This document shows positions 50,609 through 62,100 of a DNA stretch of 64,000 bases, piece by piece. The notes under the pieces are model-generated. The model saw nothing but the letters and a program-made list of their open reading frames with translations, ran no database searches and was not told the DNA's origin. The first letter of the stretch is position 1. Each line of letters begins with the position of its first letter. The translations under genes and the position numbers were made by a program. Source of the stretch: Vicugna vicugna (taxonomy: Eukaryota); contig MU058636.1 of the NCBI GenBank assembly GCA_013265495.1, positions 2,232,001 to 2,296,000 of the forward strand, read 5' to 3'.

Positions 50609-51969
50609 AAAAACAAACACAAAGATCAATGGAACAAAGAAGAGAGGCCAGAAATAAACCCACACAACCATGGTTGATGGTCAATTAATCTATAAAAAAG
50701 GAGGCAAGAATATACAATGAGGAAAAGACAGTCTCTTTAGTAAGTGGTGCTGGGAAAACTGGACAGCTACCTGTAAAAGACTGAGGTTAGAACATTTACT
50801 CACACCATATATAAAAATAAACTCAAAATGGATTGAAGACCTAAATGTAAGGCCTAAAACATTAAAACTCCTGGAAGAGAACATAGGCAGAACACTCTTT
50901 GACATAAATCAGAGCAATATTTTTTGGCTCTGTCTCCTAAGGCAAAAGAAACAAAGGCAGAAATAAACAAATGGGACCTAGTTAAACTTAAAAGCTTTTA
51001 CACAGCAAAGGAAACTGTTGACAAAACAAAAAGACCACCTATGGAATGGGAGAAAAAGTTTGCAAATGATATGATCAACAAGGCATTAATATCTCAAATA
51101 TATAAACAGCTCATATAACTCAACAACAACAAAAAAACAATCCAATCAAAATGTGGGCGGAAGACTCAAGTAAATATTTTCCCAAAGAAGACAGGCCGAT
51201 GGCACATGAAAAGATGTTCAATATTGCTAATCATCAGAGAAATGCAAATCAAAACCATGATTTCTCACACCTGTCAGAATGGCTATCATCAAAAAGACCA
51301 CAGATAACAAACACTGGCAAGGATGTGGAGAAAAGGGAACCCTTATTGGTGGGAATGTAAATTGGTACAGCCACTGTGGAAAAAAGTTTGGAGTTTCCTC
51401 AAAAAACTAAAATAAAACTACCAGATGATCCAGCAACTCCACTCTGAGATATATATCCGAAGAAGATGAAAACACTAATTTGAAAAGATACACGCACCCC
51501 AGTGTTCATAGCAGCCAAGACATGGAAGCAACCCAAGTGTCTAACAATAGACGACTGAATAAAGAAGATGTGATATATATATATGCGCGCGCACGCGCAC
51601 ACACACACACACGGAACATTACTCAGCCATAAAAAAGAATAATGAAATTCTAGCAATTGCAACAACATGGATAGACCTAGAGAATATTATTTTTTCAAAA
51701 ATTTTTGAGGGGAGGAGATAATCAGGTTTTAGTTATTTATTTTTAGCAGAGGTTCTGGGGATTGAACCCAGGACCTCGTGCATGCTAAGCATGCGCTCTA
51801 CCACTGGGCTCTCCCTTCTTGCCCCCTGCACCCAGGGAATATTATTCTTAGTGAAATAAGTCAGAGAAAGGCAAATACTATATGATATCACTTATATGTG
51901 GAATCTAAACAAATAATACAAACAAATGTATTCAGCAAAACAGAAACAAACTCAGATGCAGAGAACAAA
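50609..51969 (+). mobile_element. L1 ORF2 3' third and start of 3'UTR (part of the rearranged L1)
   Basis: ORF2p remnant '[44 protein letters not shown]'. Confidence 0.95.
51692..51832 (-). mobile_element. tRNA-derived SINE nested in L1
   Basis: 'ggggattgaacccaggacctcgtgcatgctaagcatgcgctctaccactg'; TSD ag(a/g)gaatattatt. Confidence 0.9.
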
Positions 51970-53589
51970 TAGAATCTTTAAAGATGGAACATGGGCTGCT
52001 CCTGGGCCTCCTAGGGAGGCAGGGGTGAGGGTGCCCTGCCCCCTTCTTCTCCAGGTGAGCTGGGACTCATCGTGGGCCCCAGGCAGCATTAATCAGTACC
52101 TCTGTGCTTTCACAGATCTTGGGTTATTTTTCTGTTATTGTACCTGGTCAGCAAATATTTATTGAGGACCCAGGATGTGCCAGGCAACTGGGGATACAGT
52201 CGTGAAATGACCAACTCAGTCTCGGTCCTCAGGGACCTCAAAGCCTCCTGGGAGAACCCATCACCTGGTACTACGGTGCCCCCCCTCCACCCCCTGCCCA
52301 GCTACGCCTGCTTCACGGGAGCCCGGACCGCACAGCCACGCAGGCTTCCAGGCACGGAAGGGCTCAATGAAATTTGCCGAATGGATGAAAGTGGCTAGGC
52401 CTCTGACAGCTCCCAGTGAAAATCTACCCTGAAGAAACTGGGAACTCTTCGACTTGTCAGAACCGGGACACAAATTTCCCAACTGCCATCTTCCCCGTGA
52501 CTTACAAACAGAATGACTTCCGAGCCACAAGCCAGCACGTGAATACGTGACCCAATAATTGATTAAAGAGCAGCTTAAATTTCTGGGTCAGAGATACCCT
52601 GAGGAGAAAGCAAAATGATGGTTCAAAAGACGTTCTACGATTCCTGAAAGTGGCGGTTTCTGTCTGCTGTGAGGGAGTCTATTTTTAACCAGCCGTTGCA
52701 TAAGAATGTAAGAAATGTTTCTTTTTTTTTTTTTAATTGAAAACAAAAGGGGAACCAAGGAACAGGTGGGAATTTTCTAACCCCTTTCAGCCATGCACAT
52801 CTATCCTCCGCATCCCTGTGAATACCCGGGACACAGAAGCAAACACCTGCGAGGAGACGCGTAAGCACTCGGAGCACGTGTCTGTCTCACCGATGAGCAG
52901 GAGGACCACGGGTGTCTTTTGATGTTAACAAATAAGCTCTTGAAAAGAGAGAAGTCTTTTATAGGCAAAATAGTGAATAGTGATTTCATAGGTGAAATGA
53001 GCATAAACCCACCAGGGTTTTGTTAATTAGGTGCATTCTCTGGCAATGTTTAAAACGATCTCCTTGACATCTGATTTTACACAAATCGAATGGGGCTTCC
53101 CTACTTTGGAAGATAGTTCATCTGATAGAGTAAACACCTCCTTTCATCTATAAAGAAATAATGTGGAAAAGTCAGGTTTTGGGTCCTTTCCCAAGCAGTC
53201 GTACATCCAATAGGAAAAGCACGTAGAAAACATACACTGAGACACCACCCACACAACCCACCCGCCATCAGTGCGCTGCCTCCCCATCAGTCTGCAGCGA
53301 GAGACACCGCTTCACCTGTTACACGAGCAGGCTTCATGGTCGCTCAGAAAATGTGGCGTTAGGTTCTGCAGCCCGGTGTCCATGGGGTCACAGAATGCGC
53401 TGGAAGGGAGCTTACAGCTCTCTCCCCCACTTCCCAGGCAAGGAAAAAGAGGCTTTGCGAAGCTGTGACCCTACTACGCGGTCTGGGAACACCTTTAACT
53501 ACATTAAGTGGGTTGTTTGCTTTTCCAGATCTGCTCCCCCACCTGTCTTCCTCCCTTCGCTGTGCGAGGCCCACGTGTGTGGGCTCATC

Positions 53590-54030
53590 TCTGATGTGGT
53601 CCCAGATGAGCAGCATAGTATCACCTGGGAACTTGTTAAAAATGCAAATTCTTTATGTATAAGCGCATCTGACTGTCCTTTATGATTGGATTATCACATC
53701 TGTTAATTCTTATTTTGTGGTTGGCTTTATTCCTTTGATAACTATGTAAGTTTAAAGAGCTAAAGCTCTAATCTGTTCTTAGAAACAATGATCAGTACAT
53801 ACATGTAAACTAAAAAATTGTGCAGTGTATTGTATGTATGTATTCACATGCAATATAATATATATGTGCAGTCAAACTGTAATAATTCTAGCTAATAAAA
53901 CTGAGAAAGGAAAAAAACCGCAAATTCTTAGGACCCATCTTAGACCTGCTGAATTAGAAACTTTGGGGTGGGGACCAGCAATCTGTGTTTTACCAAGCCT
54001 GCCAAGGGTTGTTGAAGTTGGTTAAGGTTA
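53590..54030. mobile_element. MER5A split by a ~265-bp insertion
   Basis: Left half 'tgtggtcccagatgagcagcatagtatcacctgggaacttgttaaaaatgcaaattct'; right half 'aggacccatcttagacctgctgaattagaaactttggggtggggaccagcaatctgtgtttt'. Confidence 0.8.
53654..53917 (+). pseudogene. Unidentified 5'-truncated retrocopy (mRNA 3'UTR-like) with poly(A) signal, decayed A-tail and TSD
   Basis: TSD gcaaattctt at 53644-53653 and 53920-53929; AATAAA at 53894-53899; tail 'gaaaggaaaaaaa'. Confidence 0.6.
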
Positions 54031-54039
54031 GAGAGACAC

Positions 54040-54433
54040 ATGGGACCTCTGGCGTCCTAACCTCTGGCGTCCAGCTGGGCCTTGGCCAATGGGAAGCCCT
54101 GGCAGGAGGCCCCAGACAGAAGGAGGGGTGACTGAAGGGTATTGTTCCCCAGGTTCCCTGCCTGTGGGGTTGCCTAGGACTGGCTGCATCCAGGCACCAG
54201 AAGTCACCATATCTCTCAAGACAGCCTCTGAGTGTGACTCATCCCTTCTTGATCCAGGAACCACCCCCACCCTGACCCTACACGGCTCGGGATGGTGACA
54301 GTCCCCACTGTCTGCTCTAGAATACCACCCTGTCCTTCGTGTTCTCCACCCACATCTCTGTAAAGGGGCCCTTGCCTTGGCTTTCTCTAAGATACCTGAC
54401 TTCGACGTGCTTCCCAGGATCCTCACCGGAGAC
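54040..54433 (+). mobile_element. LTR16C-like ERVL solo LTR
   Basis: 'ttggccaatgggaagccctggcaggagg...gggtattgttccccaggttccctgcctg...cacatctctgtaaaggggccctt'. Confidence 0.6.
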
Positions 54434-54869
54434 AGAGTGCTTCTCTGGCTGCTGGGTGAGGAGCACGGCTCAGCGGGGCTTTTCTAACATGGGCTGAGGG
54501 TGCTTCTCTCCACTTTCAATAACAGGGATGATGACGGGGACAGCTCCGGGGGCCACATTTACAATGAAAGAGCATAAAATGTATGTATACATAGCATGAC
54601 CATGATGTTTATTGTGTAATTTTCAAGACATGGTTATTTCTCCCCATAGATCACCTGCTCTGAATTTCTTCTTTTCATCCTCTCTGCTCTCGTGGTCACA
54701 CAACCTGGAGCCAAAGTTTGACTTGGCCTGGCCTGACCTGATTTGCCTCTATTTGCTGCTCCATCTCCTAAGATCTTTGCTCACAGACTCCTCCTTCCCT
54801 TTAAATCCACTCTGCTGCTTCTTGTCTTTTTGTTCTGGGAGCTTTCTCGTGTTGTGTGTGTGTGTGTGT

Positions 54870-55825
54870 TGAAATACACGTAACATAAAACTTACCATCT
54901 TATAACCATTTCCAGTGTACAGTCCAGTGGCATTAAGTACATTCACACGGTTGTGCAACCATCACCACCATCCACCCACGAAACTCTTTTTATCTTGCAA
55001 AACCGAAACTCTGTACCCATGAAACAGTAACTCCGATTCCTGTCCCTAAGCCTCTGACAACCACTGTTCTACTTGATGTATCTATGCATCCAACTGCTCC
55101 AAGTATCTCACAGAAGTGGACTCATACAGAATTTGTCTCTGTGACTGGCTTATTTCACTTAGCATAATGTCCTCAAGATTTATCCATGTTGTAGGATGGA
55201 TCAGGATTTCCTTCCTTTTTTAGGATGAGTAACATTTTGTTGTACGGATGGACCACATTTTGTTTATCCATTCATCCATCAGTGGACGCTTGGGTTGCTT
55301 CCACCTTTTAACTATTATGAATAATGCTACTCTTAAGAAGGATGTGCAAATATCTGTTCAGCTCCTTGCTTTCAATTCTTTCAGGTATGCTCCCAGAAGT
55401 GGGATTGCTGGATCACGTGGTAACTCTATTTTTAACTTGTTGAGGAACTGCCATGCTGTTTTCCCCAGCGGCTGCACCATTTTACATCCCCACCAGCAGT
55501 GCACGAGGGTTCCGATCTCTCCACATCCTCACCAACTACTTTTTTACTTATTTTTATTGAAGTATAGTCAGTTGCAATGTTGTATCAATTTCTGGTTTAC
55601 AGCATAATGTTTTAGTCCTACATATACATGCATTTGTTCCTTTTCATATTTTTTTCATTATAGGTTCCTTTTTTTTTTTTAAATGAAGGTATTGGGGATT
55701 GAACCCAGGAACTACTGCATCCTAAGCATTGGCTCTACCCCTGAGCTATACCCCACCCCCTTTCCAGCTACTTTTTGACAGTAGACATCCTAATGGGTGT
55801 GAGGTGGTATCTCATTGTGGGTTTT
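54870..55825 (-). mobile_element. L1MB-like 3' region with a nested younger insertion at 55541-55763
   Basis: 'aaacttaccatcttataaccatttccagtgtacagtccagtggcattaagtacattcac...cctaatgggtgtgaggtggtatctcattgtgg'. Confidence 0.9.
55541..55763 (-). mobile_element. Composite SINE plus L1 3'-tail insertion
   Basis: SINE at 55668-55760 joined to an L1 tail at 55541-55665, within one TSD cca(a/g)ctactttt. Confidence 0.8.
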
Positions 55826-57734
55826 TAAAAAATGCAATCTCCTCCACCTAGGATGCCCTGCCTGCATTTTGCGCATGAAGAGCCTCGCCCATCTGAAACT
55901 AATCTGCTCATCCTTTGTGTTATCTTAACACTTGACACTTTCGTTTTAGCAACTATTACTTCCTCCCTTATGCTCTCAGGTTTTTATCTGCCTGTCTCCT
56001 CAATTTGGATGCAAGTTCCCTGAGGGCAGCTGCCTTGGACTGTTCGTCTTTGTACCTTCCATTAGGCGTGGCCCAAGGCATTGCACAAGCTCTAAAATCC
56101 TGAAGGACTGAAATCAGACCCAGGTTTCTAAACTCTCAACGGAGTACTTTTTCTGCTGCTGAGAAACAGTGGAAACACATAAAAAACAAACAAACATCAT
56201 TGTGCTGTGTTTGGAAAGATCTGGCTTCCTGACAACTACCAGCTCTCAGCTTCTTACTTAACACGTTCACAACAAACAAAACAGCAGTGACAACCCGGTG
56301 CTCTCAAATATGCGGGGTTCAAGCTGCGGTTGGCGAGGACCCGTGCCGGGGTTTCGGGCACCCTCCAGCCGAGAACTGCGGAGCCACAAGCTCCACCGCC
56401 GCGCTGCCTTCGGACCAGCTTCCGGCGTATCCTGTTAGTTTCACCGTCATAGCTTGTCCTGCTGTTTTAATCCTGTTGTGTTTTCCCGGGTTCGCTTTCC
56501 TCTGAGGGACAGATGCCCTGTAACCCTTGTTCCTGATGAAGATGTCGGTACTCCCACAGAAGATCCAGAAAGTCAGTAACAGGGCAGGAAGGAGATCTCA
56601 TCTGGTGCTGAAGTCTTTCGTGATGCTCTCAGGGAACCAGCCCATCATCTTCCAGGCATCTGCTCATTACCCTCCAATCTGGGGGATGAATTCCTCAATT
56701 GTTTTGCCATCATGTGAGCTCTTTACAGTTTTAGCCACAGGAGCCTCCTGGAGATTGCGAGTTAAGCCCCTGATCAACCAGTCGACATCCTGCTGACAAG
56801 ACTGCCGTCAGCTCAGATCTTCCAGAGAGCAGCTCTTCTTATCGCTTTGGGGAAGAGGCCTCCCCTTGGGCACTGAAGCACTGAGTGGGATGCAGTGAGA
56901 TCACAGGATAAAGGCCACTTCCTGCCTTCAGTCCCTTTGACTTCTTTAGAGAATCCAAGAGGAAAGGAGACAGAGATGGGAAAGCCCACGTCACTCCTTT
57001 GAAAGGTCCTCTCAGGGAACCTGCCACCCTCCGCAGGGCTTGAGTTCGTCATCACAACCAGTTCCATGTGCCCTTGGAATAGGGTAGTGACAGTGTCAGA
57101 GGTCACACGGAGCAACGTGATGCTCTTCCACTCAACCATTCCCTTCCCAGTTCCCACCGTAGGATCCGGATGGTGATGCCAGGCAACAACAGCCAAGGCA
57201 TCTCCCTGCATCCTTCACGTTGTAAGCAAGTGAATCACTCCCCGTTGTTTTTGGAGGCATATCTTGATCCCTGTGGTGGGCGCTGCTGTCCTTCCTGCCA
57301 CCAGAATTCCTGCTGGTACTTGTCTGAGTGGGAGCTCTACGCATCTCATGGGGCTTGGAGAGATAAGCATGGCTCGGTTTTTTCCAGGGCTGTGCTGTCA
57401 TTTTTCATGAACAATTCCAGACGTTCCCTGGCTAGACACGACTTCTTTTTTTCACCAGGCCCCCTCCTCGTGAGGCATACTGCCCTCAGTTACTTTCAAG
57501 CATTGCGTGCGGGACGTGGATTTCTTGTCAAAGACATTCCTTGTGCTCTGGTTGGTTGTCACCCTCATTTCTGCAGGCTTGACCCCAATCCAGAAGAAAA
57601 ACGGGGGTGGGGGGCAGTTGCTGTCCTTTGATTTGAAAATACACTGATCTGGGGTCAAGTCTGACTCAAATTTGAGTTTCAGCCTGCCTGCATTCAGCTG
57701 TCGCCGTGGTGCACTGGGAGGAGGTGGCATTTAT

Positions 57735-57870
57735 GGTGTGGTGGCTGGGAGCGAAGACTTCGGAATCCTGCTGCCTGGGTGCAGAGCTTGTCTCAGCCAT
57801 TGATTGTGCAACCTTGGGCCGGTGACTTGACCACTCTGAATATCAGTTTGTTCATCTGTAAAATGGAGAC
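57735..57870 (+). mobile_element. MIR fragment
   Basis: 'ctgcctgggtgcagagcttgtctcagccattgattgtgcaaccttgggccggtgacttgaccactctgaatatcagtttgttcatctgtaaaatgg'. Confidence 0.8.
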
Positions 57871-58399
57871 TTATCTCATCTCCAACACAATCACGCCAAG
57901 TGAACCCACGGAAAACGCATAGTGCAGTACAGACCCTGCCAGTAAGTAACGGACACTGGATCTATCTGGTGTGCAGTCACTAGTGACTTAAAAGAGCGCA
58001 GCTTTAATAACACAATACGGTTCTAAGAAACCGTTTCCAGAAGCCTTTGCCACAGTGAGCTTTGACCCCTGGGACATCAAGCAGGACCCTTAGATTTATT
58101 CTCACTTCCTCACTTCCTCAACCCTTTGCTGTTCCTGTTTAGTTGCTCAGCTCTTCTGTTGCCCAGACCTTGTCCAAAGGCTCAGTGTCTCCCTCACGGT
58201 CCATCTCATTCAGGACCTGACGGTGAAACAAGACAAATGGGGAAGCACTGTTTCAAGATGTGACTTCGTTCAGCACCTTTAGGGCATGTGCCAGCCCCGT
58301 GCTGGATATTAGAGACACAGCCTTGAGCCCGGTGGACACGGTCTCTGACCTCATGGAGCTTACAGCTTGGATAGAGGGGGACGTGGTCACTCTGCCTGG

Positions 58400-58830
58400 T
58401 CACACCACTTTTGCTTCTTTAATGTCCTGACTATGTCAAGCATGTTCCTGCCTCAGGGCCTTTGCATTGGCTGTTTCTGCCACCTGAATACTGTGCGCCC
58501 AGACATCTTCATAGCTCGTTCCCTCAACTCCTTTCAGCTGGTGGTAAAACACTCCCTTGTCAGATGCCTTTCCTAGGCACCTTATCTGAAATAGCCTTCT
58601 GCCTCCTGTTCCTCTTTAACTGCCTTCCCTGTTTTGTTTCTTTATAGCACATATTAACACATGACATATTATGTGAGTCTCTAGTTGCCAATTGCTTGTC
58701 TCCTTCCACTAAAATGTAAGCTCCAGAGAACAGAGATCTTGCCTATTTTGTTCACTTCTGTAACCTGGGTACCTGGATCAGTGCCTAAGACATCATGGAT
58801 GCTCAATAAATATTTATTGATAAATGAGTA
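58400..58830 (+). mobile_element. L2a-like 3' end
   Basis: 'cctgcctcagggcctttgcattggctgtt...aatgtaagctccagag...ttttgttcact...gctcaataaatatttattgataaatgag'. Confidence 0.85.
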
Positions 58831-61283
58831 AATAAAAACAAATACTTGAACATGGAGTTACAAGCTAAGGAGCTAAGTGTGAAATTGGAGACACACAGGA
58901 TGTTATAGGAGCCCAAGTGAAGGGCCCTCAACTCAATGTGGGGGCCCAAGCAGGGGAGGGGCAGGAGGAAGCCGGAAGGAACAGTATGTGCAAAGGCCCG
59001 GAGGTGAGAGGGAGCACGGTGCACTCAAGAGTCTGGAAGGTCTTCAGGTTGGTCGGAATGTGTCACGAAGGCCAGAGGGATCAGATCAGGGGGCAGGCTT
59101 TCTAGCCTGACACCCTCAGCCATCTCACACCCTCCTGGTGGTGAAGTAGGTAAATTACGACCAAGTAGTGACCCATGTGCTGGGATTAGATTTGAAACCA
59201 CAGACCGAGGCTGGCACGGAGCAAAACAGGTGAAAACAGGAGAAGGATTTGTAGCTTGACCTTGTGTTAAAGTAAGTTAATAAATTCCGTGTATTTATCT
59301 ATTCGTTAATATTCTTTAATTTATTCTTTTAATTTAGCAAATAGTTATTAACTTCCTACTCTGTGCTGGGCGCCGTCTAGTCACAGAGGTGATCAACGCA
59401 GACCGATGACGCCCTCCCTGCCGTCATCGGGCTTCCTGTCCGGTGCGGTGGAAGAAGGAAAAATCAACCAACCAGGAACACAAAGAAAGAAAATCGTGGG
59501 AAGCTGTAATAAAATCTGATGGAAATAAACCAGAAGCAAGGCGGGACGCCTCCCTGCAGCAGAACCGCGTGAACCCTGTGAGCCGCTGACTTACTCAAGA
59601 GGACCAGACGTGTGGCGCGGGGGGCTCGAAGGGGCCGAGGGAACGGTCACGGTCGCGACTCCTGTCTTTCTTCTTGGTGCCTAGAAATGCTTTGGTGAGG
59701 GCCTGACCAAAGAGTCATCACTGGTGGGTTATCTGGGGGGACATCCATTTTATTCTAAAACTCCTCCTCCTTGGCATCTCATCACTGGCCGCTTCGCCTT
59801 CTAAGAGGTGCCAAGGGCCTCCCCTTCTGTCTCCAGGCCCTCCTGGGCTGTCAAAACTGTCCAGTCCGTGTTTCAATGTCACCTCTAGGCTCCTTTGCCT
59901 TCAGTTCACTGAGGGCCATGGGTGGAAATGCACCATCTTCGCAGATTGTGCAGGGCAGGGCAGCGGGTCCCCCAAAAGGTGGGGGCTCCTCTCCTGGAGT
60001 TAGATCAATGCAGGAGGTCAGCATACATCTATGGAGGACCTCCCTTTGCTGACACTGTCCTCAGCTCATCCTCCATTTCTCACTGGGTTCACTTTGTGAT
60101 GAAGAGAGGGCCAGGGGGCACTTCCCGAGGTTGTGGGACCCCAGGGTGAACGGTCCCCTCCTTGGTTGTGGAACTGCTCTGCTGAGTAACCTCTCCGGCT
60201 GCAGCTGTGTCTGGGACCAGCTTCCTCCCCCACACCCCACAAAGGTGCCTCTGCCTTAGAGATGACCTTGGAAATCTCCCTCCCTTCCCCAGAACCTCTT
60301 CCGCAAGGGAGCTTCTTGCCCTCGCACCCCACCTGTCTAAATACTTTCTGCCCACGACGTGTTCCCTCCAACACACCTGCTTTGAGGCCAACATCGAGCC
60401 GACTGTTCGCTCTCTGTGCTTGGGCTGCTCTGCATACCTGTGGGCAGACAGACCAGTGAGCTTCCAAAGGTCCAGCCAGAATCTGTTTCTTTGGAACAAT
60501 TATTACTCCAGGCAAATGTGAGTCCACAAAGTGAGAAAACACACACAAACACCCAGCCTAGCACTTGTCCCAGAGAAGGGACAAACCAAAGGAGTTCTCA
60601 GTAAAGAACAGATCGTTGCAGACTCTGCACTTACCTTCTGGGGGGAAGAGTGTGTGAATATGGTGTGGAAGGCGAGTCTTCTCCCCCAGCCACGCGATTG
60701 TTCATTTTCCACGGGTTTTGGGAGGAGCTTCTTAAAAAGTGAGACTTTCACGGTGGAGAACAAATTGCTGTTTCTGGCTTCACAGTTTCCTGTGGAAACA
60801 ACTCCAGCCAATCCCCGTATCACCTGGACATTTCCATGGGGTTATTCCATTCTGAAAGACAAAACGAATCAAGGTAACAGAAAGGGTTTGAAGGAACGCA
60901 GACTCCCCACCATGGACAGCGTTAGAAGGAATCACACTTGGCCCTGAGCTCCTTCAGTGCTTTCAGCCTGAGGCCAATTTCTGTATAATACAATTGCTCC
61001 CTACAATTGTTCACTAATAAAAAGGCATATGGAATCATAATGTGTGATATGATCATTATGTATTTTAAAATCTATTTATAGAAAAAATATACTCCATTGC
61101 TAGCACACCAGCAGAAAGTTATATAAGTAAAGGTGCTGGGATTTGCTTGCTTGCTTGCTTTTTTCTATTTTCAAAATATTCTTTGATGTGTTTATAATAA
61201 AAAATATATACTTTACAATTTGCAATACTTTAAATTTTTTACAAAGTAATTTTTTCTGGCGTTCACTCCACATGTGTATTTAA

Positions 61284-61450
61284 ATATTAATTTTACTACA
61301 TTGTAATTAATGTAGATATTAATCAATGTATTTATATATTATATTTTAATCTATTATGTATTACATTGTACTTAATGTAATATTGATTACTGTGTTTATA
61401 TATTATATTTATAATATATAAATATTAATTATATTAATTATACTACACTG
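61284..61450 (+). repeat. AT-rich low-complexity tract with a diverged ~65-bp tandem duplication
   Basis: 'tacattgtaattaatgtagatattaatcaatgtatttatatattatattt' (61297) versus 'tacattgtacttaatgtaatattgattactgtgtttatatattatattt' (61362). Confidence 0.85.
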
Positions 61451-61914
61451 GAAGAGGAAAGGTAATAAACTCTCCCAGTAACACAGACACCTTGAATGAA
61501 TGAAATCGATTCCATTCTTGCCACTATGTTTATTTCTTGAGAGAGACGCAGCATCACAGAGACTGACGGTTTTTTCTCTGCCAGGCCTGAGTATTGGCAT
61601 CACCTGGGGGGACCTTCAGAAAAGCACAAAGGCTTAGATTCTCATGCTGTTCTGTGGTGTGGCCTGGTTTGGGGTTTCTACGGGCTTCCCAAGGAATTCT
61701 AGTGTGGATCCAAGGTTGACAACCACCAATTTAAAGAAAAGAAAACAGGAATGAAACCCACTGAGAATTTACTGAAACAAAGCATCTAAGAGAGCGTCTT
61801 TATGAACTACAACCAAGCTCCCTCAGATCAAGAGGAAAATACAGCATTTTGGAAGTTCAAATAAAAATTACCCTAGAATTTAAAGCTGATGTTAAATGAC
61901 CATGATGCTCGCTA

Positions 61915-62100
61915 CTTAGCATGTGCCTGGCATCTTCTCCGTATCACCTCTAATCTTCATTAGAGCTCTGACAGTTAAATAGCATGATACCCATTTTAAA
62001 AGATGAGACTCAAAGAAGTCATGCAATTTGCCCAAAACACACAGCCTGCAGCAGAAGGGGCTGGGAGCCGACCCACAGCTCTGATGCGGACCCGGCACTG
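61915..62100 (-). mobile_element. MIR fragment
   Basis: 'acttagcatgtgcctggca...cccattttaaaagatgagactcaaagaagtcatgcaatttgcccaaaacacacagc'. Confidence 0.7.

Noticed and set aside
15037..55760. tRNA genes
   Set aside because: All tRNA-like heads are SINE copies with A-tails and/or TSDs and mutated bodies; none appears to form a full cloverleaf.
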